Of a DNA stretch of 64,000 nt, positions 13,109 through 25,452 are shown one piece after another. The stretch is from Octopus sinensis (taxonomy: Eukaryota): positions 138,756,001-138,820,000 of the forward strand of contig NC_042998.1 in assembly GCF_006345805.1 (NCBI RefSeq), read 5' to 3'. The notes below the pieces were generated by a model, which had not been told where the DNA came from, searched no databases, and was given only the letters and a program-made list of their open reading frames with translations. Position numbers and translations under genes: made by a program. Each line of letters opens with the position of its first letter. Position 1 is the first letter of the stretch.

Positions 13109-13796
13109 TATGTATGTATATATGTAAGTCTACGTGTATGTCTTTGTTTCTATGTTTCTTCCTCATCACTGCTTCACAACTGCTGTTCTTTTATTTACAT
13201 CCCCATAACTTACTGGTTTCACATGAAGAAACTGGTTGAATAAGTACCAGGCTTATCAAAATAAAAAAAAGCACGAGGCAGTGTCTCATATTTTTGTTTG
13301 CCCACTCATTTGTATCTATCAATCTATCTTTGTGTGTGTGTGCATATATATATATATATCTATATATATATCACCGTGACCGACCAGGCTATCAGATGTT
13401 GCTACACATCGCTGGTCACAATGCGCCGCTTCGCATTGTTTTAGCCTTCAAATTACGCAACCCCGCTGGCTAAGATGGCAGGCAAACAGAAGAAAGAGTG
13501 AGAGAAAGTTGTGGCGAAAGAGTACAGAAGGGATCGCCACCACCCACTGCCGGAGCCTCGTAGAGCTTTAGGTGTTTTCCCTCAATAAACACTCACAACG
13601 CCCGGTCTGGGAATCGAAACCGCGATCCTACGACGGTGAGCCCGCTGCCCTAACCACTGGGCCATTGCGCCTCCACACACACACACCACACCACACACAC
13701 ATATATATATATACACGCACATATATTACACACACACACACACATACACACATACACACACACACACACATATATATATATGTATGTATATGTGCA

Positions 13797-15485
13797 TATT
13801 AATATATATTATATCAAAAGTTAATGTTTTTATGTGTGTTTGTGTGTTACTTATACATTTGAAAACTGCTGCACCGATCCTATTGAAATTTGGATCACAA
13901 AATCACAACTTAGCCAGAAGGGTAAAGTGTGTTTCATACAATTTCATGGACAAAAATGCCTGAATGGATCCTTATGATATTTGGAACTTAGATTCAATGC
14001 ATAAGGGCGAGTATAATGCAATATGTTTGGTTTGAATTTCAGATGGCTTCAAGCGGGCAGAACCCCATGAAAATTCAAATTTTTCGATGTTGATGAAATT
14101 TTAACCATGGGTAATTGACACACATCAAGAAGTATTCTCAAAGTTTCCACTTCTCATAAGGATTCTAAGACCCCCTAATGGGGGCCTTAACTCCCAAATT
14201 TTAGACATTTCTTTTATGATTCAAAACTAGGTCAAAAGTACTGAATGGATCTTTACGAAATTTGGGAATTATATTCTATGCGTAAAGGCCATAACTCCCA
14301 TGACAATTCATATATTTTTGCTGTTGATGAAATTTTAACCATAGATATTAGATACGAATGAAGTAATAATTATTATAATTTCATCTTCTTACAAGTTAGA
14401 AAGACCCCTTCACGGGGACTTAACACCCACAATTTAGTCATTTTATCTAAGCAAAGACGAATACAGTTGTACTCTTGGAAGCTGTAGGGTCGCCCGAGCA
14501 TAAAAATGAGCATTATTTGCAATTCAATGGTACAACAGAGTAAGAGTTTGCTTTGAGATATACTTTGATTGTGATTTCTGCAATGTGCTGCATAAATTGT
14601 CAAGTAAATGAGAGGCATCTTTGCCTCCACTGATTCAATTGCAAAGTGTGAGTAAAGTTATTTGGTTGTAGACATCCCTTCAGTCATTTTATTATAACTG
14701 CGTCACACATAGTCCCCAGATGGTAACATTGATTTCAAGGCCTTCCCGGATGAGTGACTGGTTATTCAAAGACATTTATAAATTGTAAATTTATTCTGTC
14801 CAGTTACATATCAGTATAGTGGTCATTTGCAAACTCCAGAGGTGACACTTTCATTTCTCCTTAGCCCTCACGTCACACAGTTGTTAATGTTGATTTCAGT
14901 TGCGTCACGCCCTTCCAATTGCTATAGACCCGTAATGCATACGGTTGCGCCTGTCACCTGTATAGTGAGGAATCCTACATTGGGAGTGGTAACGACTAGG
15001 GTATGGTAGCTGACTGCTTATTGTGATCATTCGTCTTTTGGTTTCCTGTAGCTTTGCTCTCTTTTACAAACCCAGTGAACATACATATATTTCCTATTTC
15101 AAAGAAATTCAAACAATAGATATAAGACCCAAGTTGAAAAGATTCTCAACAATTCAACTTCTCTGGTTGACATTAAGACACTCACCCCCAATAGGGGCCT
15201 TAACACCCACATTTTAGAGCCCCATGACCTTCATTTTGCAGGAGAAAATCCTTTTAACAGGTTCTATAAGACCGGAATTTTGGAATCTGCGCATAAAAAT
15301 CAGTATTATGGGATACATGTGTCATGATTACAATTTTGTAGGATGTGCAAAGAGGGAAATAACCCTCATCTGCAATTTTGATGAAATTCGAATCATAGGT
15401 ATTCCAGTTCATTACAGAGAATAAAACAGAAAAGTCTAATTCTTCAATTGCATGTAACACGGGCAATGCTGGGTACTTCTGCTAG
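13797..15485 (+). mobile_element. Non-autonomous Helitron-like element H1 (repeated at ~15950-17635)
   Basis: AT-rich 5' start, repeated gttgatgaaattttaaccat subrepeats, 3' end cacgggcaatgctggg..CTAG|T. Confidence 0.7.
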
Positions 15486-15491
15486 TATATA

Positions 15492-15854
15492 TCTCTATAT
15501 ATAAACGGCAAAATGTCTGTCTGTGTGTGTGTCCTTTATACAAATCCACAATTTTTTAGTTAGAGGATTCGCACTTTCTATGGTAATTTAAAACCGCCCA
15601 AGGATAGTCGTGCACATCTTTACATTTCCCCAGTCACCGCGCAAAGCCATTAAAAATCAATAGAAGTGACTTCTTGTGAATTTTCTATCCAAAACCTAAT
15701 CGAAATGCCTGAAGCTTGATACGCCAATTGAATGCCAGCCATCTGTATGTGATTGGTCGGAGATTTGGACAGTACTCGCGTGTATGTGCGCACGCACGCA
15801 GCTGTATTTGCATGAACTAGCACTTTGACCCGGCGTGTCGGGTCATAGTGCTAG
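15492..15854 (+). mobile_element. Non-autonomous Helitron H2 (repeated at ~17640-18006)
   Basis: A|TCTCTATATATAAA..gtctgtctgtgt start. 3' hairpin TGACCCG-gcgtgt-CGGGTCA, then CTAG|T, matching the Helitron A-T insertion signature. Confidence 0.8.
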
Positions 15855-18004
15855 TACACACACACACACACATGCACACACACAACACACACATACACAC
15901 ATACACACACACACACACATATATATATATGTATGTATATGTGCATATTAATATATATTATATCAAAAGTTAATGTTTTTATGTGTGTTTGTGTGTTACT
16001 TATACATTTGAAAACTGCTGCACCGATCCTATTGAAATTTGGATCACAAAATCACAACTTAGCCAGAAGGGTAAAGTGTGTTTCATACAATTTCATGGAC
16101 AAAAATGCCTGAATGGATCCTTATGATATTTGGAACTTAGATTCAATGCATAAGGGCGAGTATAATGCAATATGTTTGGTTTGAATTTCAGATGGCTTCA
16201 AGCGGGCAGAACCCCAATGAAAATTCAAATTTTTCGATGTTGATGAAATTTTAACCATGGGTAATTGACACACATCAAGAAGTATTCTCAAAGTTTCCAC
16301 TTCTCATAAGGATTCTAAGACCCCCTAATGGGGGCCTTAACTCCCAAATTTTAGACATTTCTTTTATGATTCAAAACTAGGTCAAAAGTACTGAATGGAT
16401 CTTTACGAAATTTGGGAATTATATTCTATGCGTAAAGGCCATAACTCCCATGACAATTCATATATTTTTGCTGTTGATGAAATTTTAACCATAGATATTA
16501 GATACGAATGAAGTAATAATTATTATAATTTCATCTTCTTACAAGTTAGAAAGACCCCTTCACGGGGACTTAACACCCACAATTTAGTCATTTTATCTAA
16601 GCAAAGACGAATACAGTTGTACTCTTGGAAGCTGTAGGGTCGCCCGAGCATAAAAATGAGCATTATTTGCAATTCAATGGTACAACAGAGTAAGAGTTTG
16701 CTTTGAGATATACTTTGATTGTGATTTCTGCAATGTGCTGCATAAATTGTCAAGTAAATGAGAGGCATCTTTGCCTCCACTGATTCAATTGCAAAGTGTT
16801 GAGTAAAGTTATTTGGTTGTAGACATCCCTTCAGTCATTTTATTATAACTGCGTCACACATAGTCCCCAGATGGTAACATTGATTTCAAGGCCTTCCCGG
16901 ATGAGTGACTGGTTATTCAAAGACATTTATAAATTGTAAATTTATTCTGTCCAGTTACATATCAGTATAGTGGTCATTTGCAAACTCCAGAGGTGACACT
17001 TTCATTTCTCCTTAGCCCTCACGTCACACAGTTGTTAATGTTGATTTCAGTTGCGTCACGCCCTTCCAATTGCTATAGACCCGTAATGCATACGGTTGCG
17101 CCTGTCACCTGTATAGTGAGGAATCCTACATGGGAGTGGTAACGACTAGGGTATGGTAGCTGACTGCTTATTGTGATCATTCGTCTTTTGGTTTCCTGTA
17201 GCTTTGCTCTCTTTTACAAACCCAGTGAACATACATATATTTCCTATTTCAAAGAAATTCAAACAATAGATATAAGACCCAAGTTGAAAAGATTCTCAAC
17301 AATTCAACTTCTCTGGTTGACATTAAGACACTCACCCCCAATAGGGGCCTTAACACCCACATTTTAGAGCCCCATGACCTTCATTTTGCAGGAGAAAATC
17401 CTTTTAACAGGTTCTATAAGACCGGAATTTTGGAATCTGCGCATAAAAATCAGTATTATGGGATACATGTGTCATGATTACAATTTTGTAGGATGTGCAA
17501 AGAGGGAAATAACCCTCATCTGCAATTTTGATGAAATTCGAATCATAGGTATTCCAGTTCATTACAGAGAATAAAACAGAAAAGTCTAATTCTTCAATTG
17601 CATGTAACACGGGCAATGCTGGGTACTTCTGCTAGTATATCTCTCTATATATAAACGGCAAAATGTCTGTCTGTGTGTGTGTCCTTTATACAAATCCACA
17701 ATTTTTTAGTTAGAGGATTCGCATTTTCTATGGTAATTTAAAACCGCCCAAGGATAGTCGTGCACATCTTTACATTTCCCCAGTCACCGCGCAAAGCCAT
17801 TACAAAATCAATAGAAGTGACTTTCTTGTGAATTTTCTATCCAAACCTAATCGAAATGCCTGAAGCTTGATACGCCAATTGAATGCCAGCCATCTGTATG
17901 TGATTGGTCGGAGATTTGGACAGTACTCGCGTGTATGTGCGCACGCACGCAGCTGTATTTGCATGAACTAGCACTTTGACCCGGCGTAGTCGGGTCATAG
18001 TGCT

Positions 18005-18044
<40 letters not shown>

Positions 18045-18469
18045 CACACACACACACATATATATATGTATATGTATGTATGTATATAAAATATAAATTA
18101 GAGATAAACACTATTATGCAACTCAAACAGTAATAGACATAAACCAAAACATAAAAAACAAATAATATATATATTTATAAAATATATAACTAGATCTCAA
18201 AAAGTATAAAAATGAATGATCAATATATAATAAGTAAAAAGTATTGATCATTCATTTTTATACTTTTTGAGATCTAGTTATATGTTTTATAAAAATATAT
18301 GTTATTTGCTTTTCATGTTTTGGTTTATGTCAAAAGTATTTGCGAACAGGAAGCCTAGTGTTCTCGTAGACCGAAGTCGAGTGAATGGCATAAAGAGTGC
18401 CGTAAGGCTCTCTTGCTATTCTAGCGCTCGAGAAACGCCAACCTTCCACACGGATTTTATATAGTGGGT

Positions 18470-19099
18470 TGGTAGAGTCTGAATACGACGATGGCCCGGG
18501 GGCGACTCTAGGTCTCGAGTTTATTCAACTGGACAACCTGTTTCACCGTACATTCGGGTTGGGAACGTTGGACAACTTCCAAATGTCCTTCACCTGGCAA
18601 TGCTACAGAGATGCCTTGCCCGATTGGGATAAGCTCGCAAGACACGGTAAACGTCGGTCGCCGACCTGTCCAAGATGAGGGGTGGCGGACAGGGAAACCG
18701 TCCCTCACGCTATTGTTCAGTGTCCGGAGATATCTGAAATGTGGGCTTATGCTGAACACCTGTTGCCCGGCGAAGGAAGAGTACAGCTGTCGACTGAGTC
18801 AATTATAAAAATTGACCCACCGGTAGTTTTAACGAACGAAGGTAAGAATTGTTTTCTCACGGTTGTAGCAACAGCGAAAGAGTCAGTATGGCAGACTAGG
18901 ATAAAAGGAATTAAGACAGTCAACTTTATCTCTGGTCACAATTTACGATCATTATTTTCTTTTCATCTGAAAAGGACGGTGTGGCTGGAGAAAAGATGTC
19001 TGTCAGAGTGTACGTTCCAAAAGATATGGAAGCATGTTGCACGAGTGTTGTGCGTGCAAGGAACCGTGTGAATAGACGGAATAAAAAAAGAACAAAAAA
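18470..19099 (+). mobile_element. L1/Tx1 ORF2 3' fragment (zf-RVT region) with A-rich tail (copy B ~38940-39573)
   Basis: CYRDALP..KL.RHG..SPTCPR...ETVPHAIVQC motif, ending in aataaaaaaagaacaaaaaa. Confidence 0.8.
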
Positions 19100-19254
19100 G
19101 TTACCAGCGATAGATCGGGGCTTGTGGGGTCGGAGCGTGGCCTGGTCATCGCTTCATTTGTGTTGTCCCAGTATTGTTAATTTTATTCGATTGTCTATAT
19201 ATCATACCGCAATACTGATCCCATCAGTTGTTCTGTCCATTTCTATGTTTAGAC

Positions 19255-19460
19255 CTCGGTGGGCAATAAAGAGATTGGTATTTCGTCTGCCGCTGCGTCC
19301 TGACTTCAAATTCCACCGAGGTCGACTTTGCCTTTCATCCTTTCGGGGTCGATTAAATAAATACCAGTCACGCACTGGGGTCAATTTCATCGACTTAATC
19401 CATCTGTCTGTCTTGTTTGTCCCTTCTGTGTGTAGCCCCTTGTGGGCAGGCAGTAAAGAA
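19255..19460 (+). mobile_element. Octopus-type SINE of the 'gtcgactttgcctttcatcc' family (also 21140-21355, 21367-21590, 22420-22632 minus, 39755-39935, 41590-41960, 58470-58880 minus)
   Basis: Shared ttcaaattccgccgaggtcgactttgcc...gtaccagt body. Full copies start ggcggcgagctggcagaa. Confidence 0.8.
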
Positions 19461-19738
19461 TTAACAAATTGACAAACCTAGATCAGTTCAATTATGTGGA
19501 AGAGAAATTTAAAAGTGTAAAGACTTTTCACTGGTGTTTGTTGCAGAGAAAAATTCTAGCTTTAAGACAAAAGGATGTTAAAACGCCATTTAGCAAGCTC
19601 CGAGCGCTCCCTATTGGACTAGTGGATGCATTTCGATCTCGTTAGTTCTGCTCAGCACCAGATCTCAAGAGAGACAGCTCTGAGACGGAAAGACACCTTT
19701 GTTTCCTTTATCGTAAATCAGTCATAATTATTGACCAA

Positions 19739-20070
19739 CTAGCTTAAAAGTTTCACTCCTTGCGGACTTTCAAGCTGACTCCCGCTAAGAGCTAACTGGG
19801 CCGCAGGCCCAAAACTGAACAGCGAAATAATAATAAAGCATTTATTGGTATCCTACCGTCTCAGATATATATAACAGAGTATCGCATTTGGAAAAATTGT
19901 ATCAATGTAACATTTGGAGATCATTGTAAAGCAGTAGGATAAACAATATTCTTGATTCTACCATTTGGTGTGACCATGAAGAGATTGTTGCCATTTCCAA
20001 CTCTGGAACAACCAATATAGATCTGATCATGGGAAAGCACCGCTGCATGAGGTGAAGTCCAAAAATTTTC
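19739..20070 (-). mobile_element. Helitron RepHel (PIF1 helicase) C-terminal remnant (copy B ~40215-40550)
   Basis: AVLSHDQIYIGCSRVGNGNNLFMVTPNGRIKNIVYPTALQ* resembles the Helitron helicase terminus 'FSHGQLYVACSRV...KTKNIVY'. The CTAG at 19739-19742 is a possible 3' end. Confidence 0.75.
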
Positions 20071-20262
20071 AGTTATTGAATTTTCAGTCTCTTGAATTTA
20101 AAGAGCATGTTTGCTGGAATCTGGAATTCTTGGAATAAACACATTTTCTCCTTCTCCTTGTCCGCTGAGGATTGTTGCTTCCAAATGATGTGGATGCATT
20201 TGCCTGACAATCAGCCTTGTTCCATATATATATACGTTTGTATGTATGTAAGTATGTATGTA

Positions 20263-20294
<32 letters not shown>

Positions 20295-20297
20295 AGA

Positions 20298-20328
<31 letters not shown>

Positions 20329-20366
20329 TATACATGGGTACATGCCTATATATTTTATTTTTGCAG

Positions 20367-20498
20367 CAAAATGCCCACAACTTGAAAATTCTATTCTGTC
20401 GATGGAGTTGGAGTCTTGTAAAAGTCTATATTACCAAACTGACAACGTGGGAAATCTCAAATGTGACGGAGATAGATTTGATAAAGAATATTTAAAAA
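20367..20498 (+). CDS. Copy A exon 2, (A)KCPQLENSILSMELESCKSLYYQTDNVGNLKCDGDRFDKEYLK; small Cys-containing module of unassigned family
   Basis: ttttgcag acceptor, GTAAGT donor, 132 nt, phase 1-1, conserved in copy B. Confidence 0.65.
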
Positions 20499-21724
20499 GT
20501 AAGTTAGCTTTTATTACCATTTATTTTTTGTCATTCGCTTGGCTATATTTCAATTATACAGTGTTGACCAACTTCGAGATGTATATAACTCTGAATAAGG
20601 CAAACACATTGTTTCAAATGAGAAAATTTAAGATCAGAACTGAAAGGCACTCCATCGAACTGGAAGAGTGTTATTTAGTACGATTTCCAGACACGAAATA
20701 ATGACCCCCCTAAGCCAGTTGGTATTCCATGAATTTACCAATAATGATTCGTCTTTTCAAAATTGATCTAAACAATGTTACTTTTTTATTACAAAGATAA
20801 ATACAGATATATCCAATATCATCCCTCATAAATTCTGGATTTATTAAAATTATCTCCGCCGGAAGAGGATGTTTTATAATAATCAAATAGCAATTATGGA
20901 CAATTTCACTTTGAAAGGGAAGACAATCTAAACAATCAAGAATTCTCCAGTGTTGACATCAGTAAGGAAAAGGTCTGGCTTATAATCTGAAAATAAGTGG
21001 AAAGATGATGTATGTTTCTGGCTCAGTAGCCTTCGTCGGCACGACAGTTGTCTAACCTTATTCCCAGAAGCTAAGGAGCTTAGACTTACGCGATTTACAT
21101 AATTTTTATGCTAGACGATTACAAATATTAAGTGAGACGTAGGCAACTTGCCAGCAGAAACTTTAGTACGCCGGGAAAATTGCTTCGTGGCATTCTGACT
21201 GTCTTTACGTTCTGAGTTCAAATTCCGCCGAGGTCGACTTTGCCTTATCCTTTTAGAGTCGATAAAATAGGTACTAATTGAACATTGGGGTCGATTTAAA
21301 AGACTATCTCCTTCTCAGAATTGCTGACCTTGTGCCAAAATTTGAAACTAATATTAATTGAGATGAGGGGCGGCGAGCTGACAGAATAGTTTGAACGGGG
21401 GGCGAAACGCTTAGCAGCATTTCGTCCGTCTGCACTTTCTGATTTCAAATTCCACCGAAGTCGATTCAGCTTCTTATCCCTTCGGGATCGATAAAATAAG
21501 TACCAGTTGAGTACTGGAGTCGATGTAACCGACTTAGTCTCTTCTCCAAAACTGGTGGCCTTGCGCCAACATTTGAGACCAATTTTAACTGAGACACTGA
21601 TATAACAGAGAATTAAATCTAATGTTCGGTCGTATCGGAACTGATACTTCATCTTCTTCCTTTAAAGTTTAATTGAAAAAATATCTTGAAATTCTAGTTT
21701 TTTTCTTTTACAGAAAAGAAACAG

Positions 21725-22141
21725 GATCTTTTCGGTTTGAACGGCAGTTTTTTCTAGCGGTGTCACCCATAATTATGATCCTAGAATCGATCTATTGCAT
21801 TTCAATCTCTTTTAGGGTTAGGGTTAGTTAGGGTTAGAATTAGGGGTGGGGGAAGGGTATCTTTTTTTCTTCACAAATGTAAATAAACCCAATCTGTTTC
21901 TTAAACGAGGGACATATTCATACGACACAGAATGCTTTTTAACTCAATACATGTCACTGATTGGTTGAAATTGCAGAAATTGAAGAAAAACAAGAACAAA
22001 TATCTTACAAACTATAGAATTCTCTCAATAAAGCCAAGAGAAAAAGATGTTTTATAAACACATTCTACCAGTATACGGAGTTTAAAATTTTTTAGTTACC
22101 TAGAAATTATGTTAAAAACTGCCGTTCAAACCGAAAAGATC
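21725..22141. mobile_element. MITE with 27-bp TIRs and internal TTAGGG-like repeats (related fragment at ~57640-57860)
   Basis: GATCTTTTCGGTTTGAACGGCAGTTTT ... AAAACTGCCGTTCAAACCGAAAAGATC. Confidence 0.85.
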
Positions 22142-22833
22142 ATTGAAAAAGAAACATGCACAAGTACTTTGTTCATAAACACCTATTTAAATTCGTAAGT
22201 AGAGGCGCAGAGCAGTGACGGAAAGAATACAAAATTAAAACCATGCTTAAAAAAGACACTGGAAAATGACATAGATTTAAGAAATAACTAATTCGAAGTA
22301 AATATGTAAATTTGAAATAATGTAAAAATTATGAAAAAATAATTAGTTGAAATAATTATGTAAATTTGTGTAGAGTATATTTTTACTGAAGTAAAAATGT
22401 AATATAGTGAAGTTATATATTGGTTTCAAATTCTGGCACAAAGCCAGCAATATAGCGCAGGCTCTAAGTCAATTATAACGACCCCAGCATTCAACTAGTA
22501 CTTGTTTCGTCGACTCCAAGGTGATGAAAAGTAAAGTCGCCCTCGGTGGAATTTGAACGCAGAACGTACAGACAGGGGAAGTGCTTGTTAGTAATTTGCC
22601 CGGAGTGCTAACGATTCTATCAGCTCGCCGCCTTTAGACAATATTTGTAGTAATTTCTTTTAACCAAGTTTTTTTTTTAATTATTAAGACTTTCATTGAC
22701 GTTTTATTTCCTCTCTTATGTTTACGTGTCATATATTGTCATATATTGATCCCCATGAAAAAATTTAAATTAATAGTACTTTTGATTTTTTTAACAATAA
22801 TAATCTGGATTATTCTTTCCTATTTCCTTGAAG

Positions 22834-23063
22834 TTCAAATTAAAAATTGTTCACAATCAACTGCTCCCAAACCTTCCAGAGAATGTAACTCCAGTTATGA
22901 TTCAGATAAAGCAACAGAATGGACAACAAACAAGGAGGGCCCAGGAGCTTGGATTAAATTCTATTTCGATGCTGTCTACTCAATATCTAGAATATCATTG
23001 TATCAAAGGAGTGGCTGTTGGGAGCAGATAGAAAATATAACCGTTAAAACTGACAACGTACAA
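22834..23063 (+). CDS. Copy A exon 3, N-terminal half of an F5/8 type C (discoidin/galactose-binding-like) domain
   Basis: SYDSDKATEWTTNKEGPGAWIKFYFDAVYSISRISLYQR fits the 'AFDG...W.....G.WI.LDF...Y.I..I.LYQR' pattern. ttgaag acceptor, GTAGGT donor, phase 1 to 0. Confidence 0.8.
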
Positions 23064-23816
23064 GTAGGTTTTCTTTTCTATTTCTTTTTATAATTCGCAA
23101 CACGAAAACAGCAGTTAGATATGCATATATACAAACATACAAACATACATACAAACATACATACATACATACATACATACATACATGCATGCATACATAC
23201 ATACATACATACATACATACATACATACATACATACATACATACATACATACATACACACACACATATGGTAAATGAAAGCCGGAAGATGGAATATACAA
23301 GAAATTTTATTAATCACGACAATTGTTTCAACACATCTAGCATCGGTCCCTCACAGGTGGGACAATTAACAACTGATTCAGGAGCATCGGGCGGTGCCGA
23401 TGTGTCTCATCGGGTGATAAATAGATATAACTCGTTAAAATAACAGTTCCGCAATTTATCTTCTCATTTCATAGAAAGAAAAGCCAGCAAAACAAAGGAT
23501 ATATCTTCAGTTATTTACAGGGTCAAAAATAAAATAACAGATTCAAAAAAGAAATAAATACGCAATGCAGAAAGAAAAGTATTAAAAATAACCGTTAACA
23601 GATATGGATGTATAAATGCCCTCGCGCAAGCTGCATGGCGCGTGTACACTGGCTCATACAAGCATCCACAAAAATGGAAGCATACGTACACGTGTGGTTT
23701 GGTGCACACACATTCGTATAGCAAATATCTAGCTTGGTGTTTATAAGAGTGGGGAGGTTACGACTAAAATTAATTCATCTATACCCTAAAGTAAATTGTG
23801 TGTGTGTATACTCGTG

Positions 23817-23854
<38 letters not shown>

Positions 23855-24414
23855 AACTTCTATGCTGAAGTAGAGACATGTTTTTATCTATCTCCTTACT
23901 TCTTGGAGATTTTTAGGTCTAATTATACTAATGTGTCCATCTGTTCTAATTTAATTAAATTCTATGTCTTTGTGCAGCTGAAGATTGCTCTACATTTAAC
24001 TAAGAACACAATATAATGTAACCAGTATACATGAAATATAAAGCTGTTGAAGATTAAATTCTGTATATTCTACACCTCAAAGGGCCATTTTCATAAATGA
24101 TCAATACCTCTTGTTTAAAGAAAACATATAAGCTTTATTGGATTCATGTTATAGTGACGAAAACAAATTTACCTTCCTTCGCCTTCACTGATCTGCAACA
24201 TCTACATGTATTCAGCCGATAAAACCTTACTTTATACAAAATTCTTTGTGTTGTACTTATGGGACATAATACAAAAGAAAGCCATCCAACGGACTGGCAA
24301 CAGTCCATTAACTGACACATAAGATGTAATATTTAGTGTGCTGTATACTTTCTCTCCCATTTCTATTGTCACAATTGCCTGTGTTTCTTAAATGTATCTT
24401 ATTTTTCTCCTCAG

Positions 24415-24607
24415 GTCAGATTTAAATTGACAAAAAACAACATGACCGATTACCTAGACACCAATGTATACAATGACATTTTAAAATTACCGCCTAATGT
24501 ATTGAGTAATTACGTGGAAATACAAGTGAACAGCGTGTATTCTAAATGTGAAGGTCGATTAGCAAAAGAAAATGTTGGTTTGAGAGAAATATCGTTTCTT
24601 GGATTCG
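24415..24607 (+). CDS. Copy A exon 4, C-terminal half of the F5/8-type domain
   Basis: VRFKLTK...SNYVEIQVNSVY...NVGLREISFLGF. ctcctcag acceptor, G|GTAAG donor, phase 0 to 1, which continues exon 3. Confidence 0.8.
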
Positions 24608-24933
24608 GTAAGAATAGACAGTTGTTTATGTTAATGTAGTTTTATATATCTAATTAATGTGTTAATTACTCATTATTTTCTTTCAGATCTCATTTGTGCT
24701 TACGTTTATTACAAATTAATAAAAAAATGAAAAATGGAAATATACATGTTCCCTTAATCAAAAGCAAGATGAGTGCGTTGAAAAAATTAATTAAATTTCC
24801 AATTGTGGGTAATCGAAAGTCAGATGCGTGCTTCAAGTCCTGTGATGAGCCATACATCTCTTTTCCGTCCGAGAGTGGTTTTGTTCTTATATATATATCT
24901 ATTTTCTATATATGTAAACATACATCTACCCAA

Positions 24934-24991
<58 letters not shown>

Positions 24992-25090
24992 ATTTCGTAA
25001 TAAGATAAAAAACCAAGGCTGTGCAGATTTTAGAATATTTATAGATAGAATGTCTTACAGCTGTTTCCAGGATATTTATTATATCCCTTC

Positions 25091-25161
<71 letters not shown>

Positions 25162-25245
25162 GCTTAGAGACCGGTATTCTCTATATAGAATACACTTCGT
25201 AGTGCTCAAGAAATTTAAATAAATTAAATAGAAAAATGTATATAT

Positions 25246-25447
25246 GAAATTAATAGTTATCGCCATACTAATATGGCAGTCTTATAAATATAAGACTAAA
25301 GCTGTCGCTTATTAGCTCCATGAGGCCATCGCCTTAAGCTAGCTATTTGACACACAAACTGCGTCCATTATAAACTTCGAACAAGGGAGGTCAGCCGCTT
25401 CATCCTGCCAGTCAGACAGCTACAGACGACGTTTCAAGGTTGTTGCC
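25246..25447 (-). repeat. Inverted partial copy of the hammerhead-containing repeat (copy B 44653-44855)
   Basis: Reverse complement of 25497-25692. It starts inside helix II of the ribozyme motif. Confidence 0.95.
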
Positions 25448-25452
25448 TTTTT

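Noticed and set aside
14640-14950. Possible captured gene fragment inside Helitron H1
   Set aside because: All minus frames have multiple stops and no motif I recognise.
22746-22833. Hydrophobic 'signal/TM' N-terminus of ORF 22746 (and 42127)
   Set aside because: It is the T-rich polypyrimidine tract before the exon 3 acceptor, and its start differs between the copies. The exon at 9987/34361 is a better leader.
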